64,000 nucleotides of DNA from Candidatus Fervidifonticultor secundus. Its GTDB lineage: Bacteria > Sysuimicrobiota > Sysuimicrobiia > Sysuimicrobiales > Humicultoraceae. This document shows, piece by piece, positions 59,026 to 64,000 of the stretch (positions are counted from its first letter, which is position 1; the number at the start of each line of letters is the position of its first letter). The stretch spans positions 1 to 64,000 of the forward strand of contig JAVKIP010000016.1 in the NCBI GenBank assembly GCA_031459385.1, read 5' to 3'. Below the pieces are notes generated by a model. The model did no database searches. It was not told where the DNA came from and saw nothing but the letters and a program-made list of their open reading frames with translations. The translations under genes were made by a program, and so were the position numbers.

Positions 59026-60111
59026 GTGCGTCGCAGCGTCTTCTGCCTGCTGAGCGTCGCCCTGGTGCTGGTGGCCGCGCGGCCCGACGGCGCGCGCGCT
59101 GCGGCGTCGGACGACTACGAGATCCGCATCGGCCGCCAGGGCGCCGCCACCCTGGAGGCGCGGTTTGCGGTGGTCGCAGACCAGGCGGTCCAGGACCGGT
59201 TGAACCGGATCGGCCGCGCCATCACCCCGCACACCGAGCGCCCGCGCCTGCCCTACACGTTCAAAGCCGTCCAGGTGGCGCAAGTCAACGCCCTGGCGCT
59301 GCCCGGCGGCTTCGTCTATGTCACGACGGGGCTGCTGGAGTTCGTGCGCACGGACCACGAACTCGCGGCAGTTATCGCCCATGAGGTCGCCCACGCGGCG
59401 CGAGGCCACGGGCTCGAGATGATGCGCCGGGCCAACCGCGCGGCCTTCGTCACCATTCTCATCGCGGTGTTCACCGGCGATCCGGCGCTGGGCGCCGGCG
59501 CTCAGGTGGTCGCGACCGGCCTGCTGGCAGGCTACACCCGCGACCTGGAGCGCGACGCCGACCTGGCCTCGATCGCTTACCTGACCAGGACGCCGTACAC
59601 GCCCGCGGGAGTGCTCACGGTGATGGAGCGGCTCCGCCGGCTCGAGCAGCTCAGCCCCCGGCCCGACCCGGGCGCGTTCGCCGACCATCCGACCGTCGAG
59701 GAGCGGATCCGGTACGTCGAGGCGGAACTGCGCGCGCGCCGGATTCCGATCAACCGGCGGCTGGCCGCGAACTACCTGGCCCTGACCGTGAAGGAAACGA
59801 CCGAGGGCGGCGTGACCTACGCCGAGCTGTCCGTCAACAATCGGCCGATCGTGCGGCTGCCGGACGTGGCCCGAATCCGCGAGGCCGCCGACCTCCTGGA
59901 CCGCCTCTTCGATCAGGACCTGGAGCCGTACGAAGTCCTGCTGCGCGAGTCCCAGGGGGGCTGGGCGATCCTCGCCCGCGGCTGGCCGGTGCTGCGCTTC
60001 ACGGCCGCCGATGCCCCGGGCGGCTCCGTCCGGGAACTGGCCGCGGCGGTGCACTTCCGCCTGCGGGCCGCGATCGAGGACGACATTCGCCGCCGCAAGC
60101 TTCAGGGCTGA
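59026..60111 (+). CDS. Exported M48 family metallopeptidase
   Basis: Signal peptide; VNALALPGG, ELAAVIAHEVAH (HEXXH), ERDAD, DHP..EERI. Confidence 0.88.
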   Translation: MRRSVFCLLSVALVLVAARPDGARAAASDDYEIRIGRQGAATLEARFAVVADQAVQDRLNRIGRAITPHTERPRLPYTFKAVQVAQVNALALPGGFVYVTTGLLEFVRTDHELAAVIAHEVAHAARGHGLEMMRRANRAAFVTILIAVFTGDPALGAGAQVVATGLLAGYTRDLERDADLASIAYLTRTPYTPAGVLTVMERLRRLEQLSPRPDPGAFADHPTVEERIRYVEAELRARRIPINRRLAANYLALTVKETTEGGVTYAELSVNNRPIVRLPDVARIREAADLLDRLFDQDLEPYEVLLRESQGGWAILARGWPVLRFTAADAPGGSVRELAAAVHFRLRAAIEDDIRRRKLQG

Positions 60112-60128
60112 ACGGAACGCTCTCATCG

Positions 60129-60174
60129 TTGACACCGCCTGCCCGGGCGTGTAACTTACTAAACGTTCAGCAAG
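60129..60174 (+). promoter_or_regulatory. Sigma-70 promoter overlapped by a palindromic candidate TetR operator
   Basis: TTGACA-17-TAACTT; imperfect inverted repeat CTTACTAAACGTTCAGCAAG (60155-60174, 16/20 symmetric). Confidence 0.65.
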
Positions 60175-60221
60175 CAACATGCGGCCCGCAAGCACGCGGC
60201 GGACCGCGAGAGGCCCACACG

Positions 60222-60875
60222 ATGCCCGCGACGCCACCCCACGTACGCCCCGTGCGCCGCCGGCGGAATCCAGCCGCCACGCGCGAGGCCATCCTCGACG
60301 CGGCCGAGCGGCTGTTCGCGGCGAAGGGCTACGAAGGAACCAGCCTGGGCGAGATCGGCCGCGCCGCCAGAGTCTCGCGCGGCACGCCCGGCTACTTCTA
60401 CGGCTCCAAGGAGCGGCTCTACCGCGCGGTGCTGGAGCGCGCGCTCACAGCGGCGCGGGAGGTCCTGACGCAGGCGCGGGCCAGGGCGGCCACGGCAGGC
60501 GGCGCCCCCGAGGCCCTGCTGCGCGAGGCGATCGGCAGCTATCTCGCGTTCCTGGCAGCCCGCCCGACGTTCGTGCGCCTCATCGAGTGGGAAACGCTCT
60601 CGGGCGCGCGATTCCTGGGCGCCTCTCCGGCGCACATCGGCGGCCTGCGGGAGGCCCTGGCAGTGACGCAGGAAGAGCTGGCGCGCGGTGCCCTGCGCTC
60701 CGTGGACCCCGCGCACCTGCTGCTGAGCGTCATGGGCCTGTGCTGGTTCCCGTTCGCCCACGCAGACTCCCTGACCCGCTCCCTGAAGCTGGATCCGCGC
60801 ACGCCGGCGTTCCTGGCGGCCCGGCGGGCGCACATCGTCGACCTGCTCCTGTACGGGCTGCTGCCGCGCAGCTGA
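60222..60875 (+). CDS. TetR family regulator
   Basis: TREAILDAAERLFAAKGYEGTS..IG...VSRG..YFYGSKERLY. Confidence 0.92.
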   Translation: MPATPPHVRPVRRRRNPAATREAILDAAERLFAAKGYEGTSLGEIGRAARVSRGTPGYFYGSKERLYRAVLERALTAAREVLTQARARAATAGGAPEALLREAIGSYLAFLAARPTFVRLIEWETLSGARFLGASPAHIGGLREALAVTQEELARGALRSVDPAHLLLSVMGLCWFPFAHADSLTRSLKLDPRTPAFLAARRAHIVDLLLYGLLPRS

Positions 60876-60957
60876 GGCATGGTGGCGTGGGGGTCAGGTC
60901 CGTCGGTGGCGGGGTGATGCGGTGCCGGCGCATGCGGTGAGGAGGAGGCACGGGTCA

Positions 60958-62295
60958 ATGCGTCGCTGGTGGATCGTGGTGCTGCTCGTGGGGGTCGTCG
61001 CCGGGGTGTTCGGGCTGCGCGGCCGCCGGCCGGCGGTAGCCCCCGTGGTCGCCGAGCCGGCCGCGGTGCCGGTGGAGGTCTCCGCCGTGGCGGTCGGCCC
61101 GGTGGCCCGCACCGTGGAGATCACGGGCACGGTCACCTCCGCGCGGCTGGCCGAGCTCTTCCCGAAGATCAGCGGCCGCGTGGCCCACGTGTACGTGCAG
61201 GATGGCGCGCAGGTGGCGGCCGGGGCGCCGGTGGTCGCGCTGGAGGCCGCGGACCAGCGCGCCGAGGTGGCGCAGGCCGAGGCAGCCGTGGCAGCTGCAC
61301 AGGCCCGGCTGGCCGCGCTGCAAGCCGGCCCGCGGCCGCAGGAGAAGCGGGTCGTCCTCAATGCCGTGGCCCAGGCGGAAGACCAGGTCAGGCTGGCCGA
61401 GACCCAGCTAGCCGTGGCTCAGGCGGCGCAGCGCCTGGCCGAGGACACCCTGCGGCGCCAGGAGCAGCTCTACCGCGACGGCGCCGTGGCCCAGGTGCAG
61501 GTGGACCAGGCCCGGCTCCAGGCCGACGAAGCGCGGGCACGGGTGCGGGCCGCGCAGATGCAGCTGGAGATCGCCCGGACGGCGCTGGACTCCGCGCGCC
61601 AGCAGTGGTCGATGGCCGAGACGGGCGCGCGCGAGGAGGAGATCCGCGCAGCCCGCGCCCAGGTGGCGCAGGCGCAGGCCGCGCTGGCCTTCGCCCGGCA
61701 GCGCCTGGCCAGCATGGTGATCCGCGCCCCGTTCGCCGGCCGCGTCTCCCACGTGACCGCCAGCGTCGGCGACTATCTGGTCGCGGGCGACTTCGCAGGG
61801 CGCGGGGGCTTCGTGGCCATCGTCTACGACGACCGGGAGATGGAGGTGGAGGTGCAAGTCGGCGAGCGCGACCTCCCGCTGCTGGCACCGGGCCAGCCGG
61901 CATCGCTGCGCCTGGAGACCGCGGCGGCGGCGCCGGTGCCGGCCGTGGTGCGGGTGATCTCGCCGGCCGCGAATGCTGCGACGCGCACGGCGACCGTGCG
62001 CCTGCGGCTGCAGGCGGCCGTGGACGCGCGGCCCGGGACCTTCGCCCGCGGCGTGATCGTCGTCGAGCGCCGCGAGCGGGCCCTGCTGGTGCCCAGGGCT
62101 GCCGTGGTGGGCGACGGGCGGCCGGTGGTGCGCGTGGTCGCGGGCGACGTGGTTCAGGTGCGCCCAGTGGTCCTGGGCGTCGCGCAGGGCGACCGCGTCG
62201 AGATCCGGGAAGGGGTCGCCGCCGGCGAGCAGGTCGTCGTGCTCGGCCCGGAGGCGTTGCCCGCGGGCACGCGCGTCCGCGTGGTGCGCCGGTAG
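60958..62295 (+). CDS. RND efflux periplasmic adaptor (MFP)
   Basis: N-terminal TM, lipoyl-like halves (ISGRV..V.V.DG; IRAPFAGRV), long coiled coil; SD GAGGAGGAGG. Confidence 0.9.
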   Translation: MRRWWIVVLLVGVVAGVFGLRGRRPAVAPVVAEPAAVPVEVSAVAVGPVARTVEITGTVTSARLAELFPKISGRVAHVYVQDGAQVAAGAPVVALEAADQRAEVAQAEAAVAAAQARLAALQAGPRPQEKRVVLNAVAQAEDQVRLAETQLAVAQAAQRLAEDTLRRQEQLYRDGAVAQVQVDQARLQADEARARVRAAQMQLEIARTALDSARQQWSMAETGAREEEIRAARAQVAQAQAALAFARQRLASMVIRAPFAGRVSHVTASVGDYLVAGDFAGRGGFVAIVYDDREMEVEVQVGERDLPLLAPGQPASLRLETAAAAPVPAVVRVISPAANAATRTATVRLRLQAAVDARPGTFARGVIVVERRERALLVPRAAVVGDGRPVVRVVAGDVVQVRPVVLGVAQGDRVEIREGVAAGEQVVVLGPEALPAGTRVRVVRR

Positions 62296-62316
62296 CCGGG
62301 TGAGGTGACGCGGGCC

Positions 62317-64000
62317 ATGTCGCTGTCGGCGCTGGCTGTCCGGCGTCCCGTGCTCACCCTGATGATCACCAGCGCCCTGATGGTGCTGGGGCTGGTGGCC
62401 TACACGCGCCTGCCCGTGGAGCTGTTCCCCAACGTGCAGTTCCCCTTCGTGACCGTGACCGTCGTCTACCCCGGGGCGGGCCCCGAAGAGATCGAGCAAC
62501 TGGTGGCCAAGCCGCTGGAAGAGCAGCTCTCGAGCCTGGCCAACGTGCGCGAGGTGCGCACGCTGGCCAGCGAGGGCACGGTCCTGGTCGGCGTGCAGTT
62601 CGAGCTCGGAACCGATCTCGATGCGGCCACCGCCGACGTGCGGCAGCGCGTCGACATCGCCCGGGCCCGCTTCCCCCGCGACGTCCAGCAGCCCATCGTC
62701 CAGAAGCTGGACATCGGCGCCCAGCCGGTGATGAACCTGGGCATGGGCGGTGCGCGCTCCCCGCGCGAGCTGCGTCGTCTGGCCGACGAGGTGGTGAAGC
62801 CGCGGCTGGAGCGCACGCCCGGCGTGGCGGCCGTCAGCGTGACCGGAGGCCTCGTGCGCGAGATCCGCGTCGAGGTCGACCTGGACCGCCTGCGGGCCCA
62901 CGGGCTGACCCTGGCACAGGTCGAGGACACCTTACGGGCCGAGAACCTCAACGTGCCCGGCGGCAAGATCACCGAGGGACCGCGCGAGCAACTGGTGCGG
63001 CTGACCGGGCAGTTCGCCAGCCTCGACGAGATCGCGAGCCTGCGCGTCCTGCGCCGCGACGGCGCCACAGTGCGGCTCGGCGACGTGGCCGCCGTCCGCG
63101 ACGTGGCCCGCGATCCCGAGCAGTTCACCCGCCTCAATGGCCGCGACAGCGTGGGGATCAGCATCCAGAAGCAGGCCGGGGCGAACACCGTGGCGGTGGC
63201 CGACGGCATCCGCAGGGCCCTGGCCGACCTGCGCCGCACGCTGCCGGGCGACGTGACGTTCGGCGTGGCGCAGGACCAGTCGCTGTTCGTCCGCTCCTCG
63301 GTGGCCGACGTGCAGGGCAATCTGGCGCTGGGCGCCGTGCTGGTGGCAGTGGTCGTTTTCCTCTTCCTGCACAACGCCCGCAGCACGCTCATCATCGCCC
63401 TGGCCATGCCCACGGCCATCGTCGCCACCTACCTGCCTATGTTCTTCTCGGGCTTCACCATCAACATCATGTCGCTGCTGGGGCTGGCGGTGTCGGTGGG
63501 CGTGCTGGTCGACAACGCCATCGTCGTCACCGAGAACATCAACCGGCACCTGACCCTCGAGGCCACGCCGGCTGACGCCGCGCGCGAGGGCGCCCGGGAG
63601 ATCGAGGCCGCCGTCATGGCCAGCGCCATGACCAACGTGGCGGTGTTCGTGCCCATTGCGTTCACCCGGGGCATCGTCGGACAGTTCTTCCGGCAGTTCG
63701 GGCTGACGGTGGTCTTCGCCAACCTGCTGTCGGTATTCATGGCCTTCACGCTGACGCCGATGCTCTCGGCGCGGTGGCTGCGGCGGCCCGACCCGCGCCG
63801 TACGCGGCTGGCGCGGGTCTTCGACGGGTGGGACGCGGCCTACGAGCGGCTGACCGTGCGCTACCGCGGCGGCCTCGCCTGGGTGCTGCGGCACCGGTGG
63901 ATGGCACTGGGCGCGGCGGCCGCTGCTTTCGTGGGGAGCCTGATCCTCCTGGCATCGCCGCTGGTGGGCAAGGAGTTCTTCCCGACCGCCGACACCGGGG
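62317..64000 (+). CDS. AcrB/AcrD/AcrF family RND permease (3'-truncated by window)
   Basis: MSLSALAVRRPV..LPVELFP..YPGAGPEEIE..PLEE; GFTINIMSLLGL, GVLVDNAIVVTENI. Missing from the ORF track because it has no stop in the window. Confidence 0.92.
   Translation, partial: MSLSALAVRRPVLTLMITSALMVLGLVAYTRLPVELFPNVQFPFVTVTVVYPGAGPEEIEQLVAKPLEEQLSSLANVREVRTLASEGTVLVGVQFELGTDLDAATADVRQRVDIARARFPRDVQQPIVQKLDIGAQPVMNLGMGGARSPRELRRLADEVVKPRLERTPGVAAVSVTGGLVREIRVEVDLDRLRAHGLTLAQVEDTLRAENLNVPGGKITEGPREQLVRLTGQFASLDEIASLRVLRRDGATVRLGDVAAVRDVARDPEQFTRLNGRDSVGISIQKQAGANTVAVADGIRRALADLRRTLPGDVTFGVAQDQSLFVRSSVADVQGNLALGAVLVAVVVFLFLHNARSTLIIALAMPTAIVATYLPMFFSGFTINIMSLLGLAVSVGVLVDNAIVVTENINRHLTLEATPADAAREGAREIEAAVMASAMTNVAVFVPIAFTRGIVGQFFRQFGLTVVFANLLSVFMAFTLTPMLSARWLRRPDPRRTRLARVFDGWDAAYERLTVRYRGGLAWVLRHRWMALGAAAAAFVGSLILLASPLVGKEFFPTADTG

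Overview
A 64-kb, very GC-rich bacterial chromosomal segment of housekeeping and nutrient-scavenging genes. A T-box leader and sigma-H-like promoters suggest a Terrabacteria lineage, possibly Armatimonadota/CSP1-3-like (inference only). I found no CRISPR array, integrase, transposase or prophage. In order: DUF3179 and YtkA/CopD-like genes; DEDDh exonuclease and YbaK; a Dpp-type ABC cluster; M28 peptidase; FMN riboswitch with ribD-ribE-ribBA-ribH coupled to two amidohydrolases; sodA; ECF sigma/anti-sigma; a leucine-catabolism (liu/mcc) operon; a thioredoxin-fold gene with an in-frame TGA; a fabF-aminotransferase-ADH-ABC operon; an IclR/hydantoinase/ABC/amidase catabolic island; tRNA-Leu(CAG); a DUF1998 helicase and rsmI; a Met T-box upstream of split MetE and metG; tatD; M48 peptidase; TetR with an RND efflux system. 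The most notable items missed by the ORF track are: (1) a probable selenoprotein (UPHC motif plus SECIS-like hairpin) at 25280-25990; (2) a Met-specifier T-box over a two-gene split MetE plus MetRS; (3) a recurring AGG-N18/19-GAA promoter-like motif upstream of seven genes; (4) an FMN riboswitch with an extra hairpin in L2 heading a rib operon extended by two candidate deformylases; (5) small zinc-ribbon and AtzG/HpxX-like genes, and an inverted ABC permease. All family calls come from motif recognition; no database searches were run.
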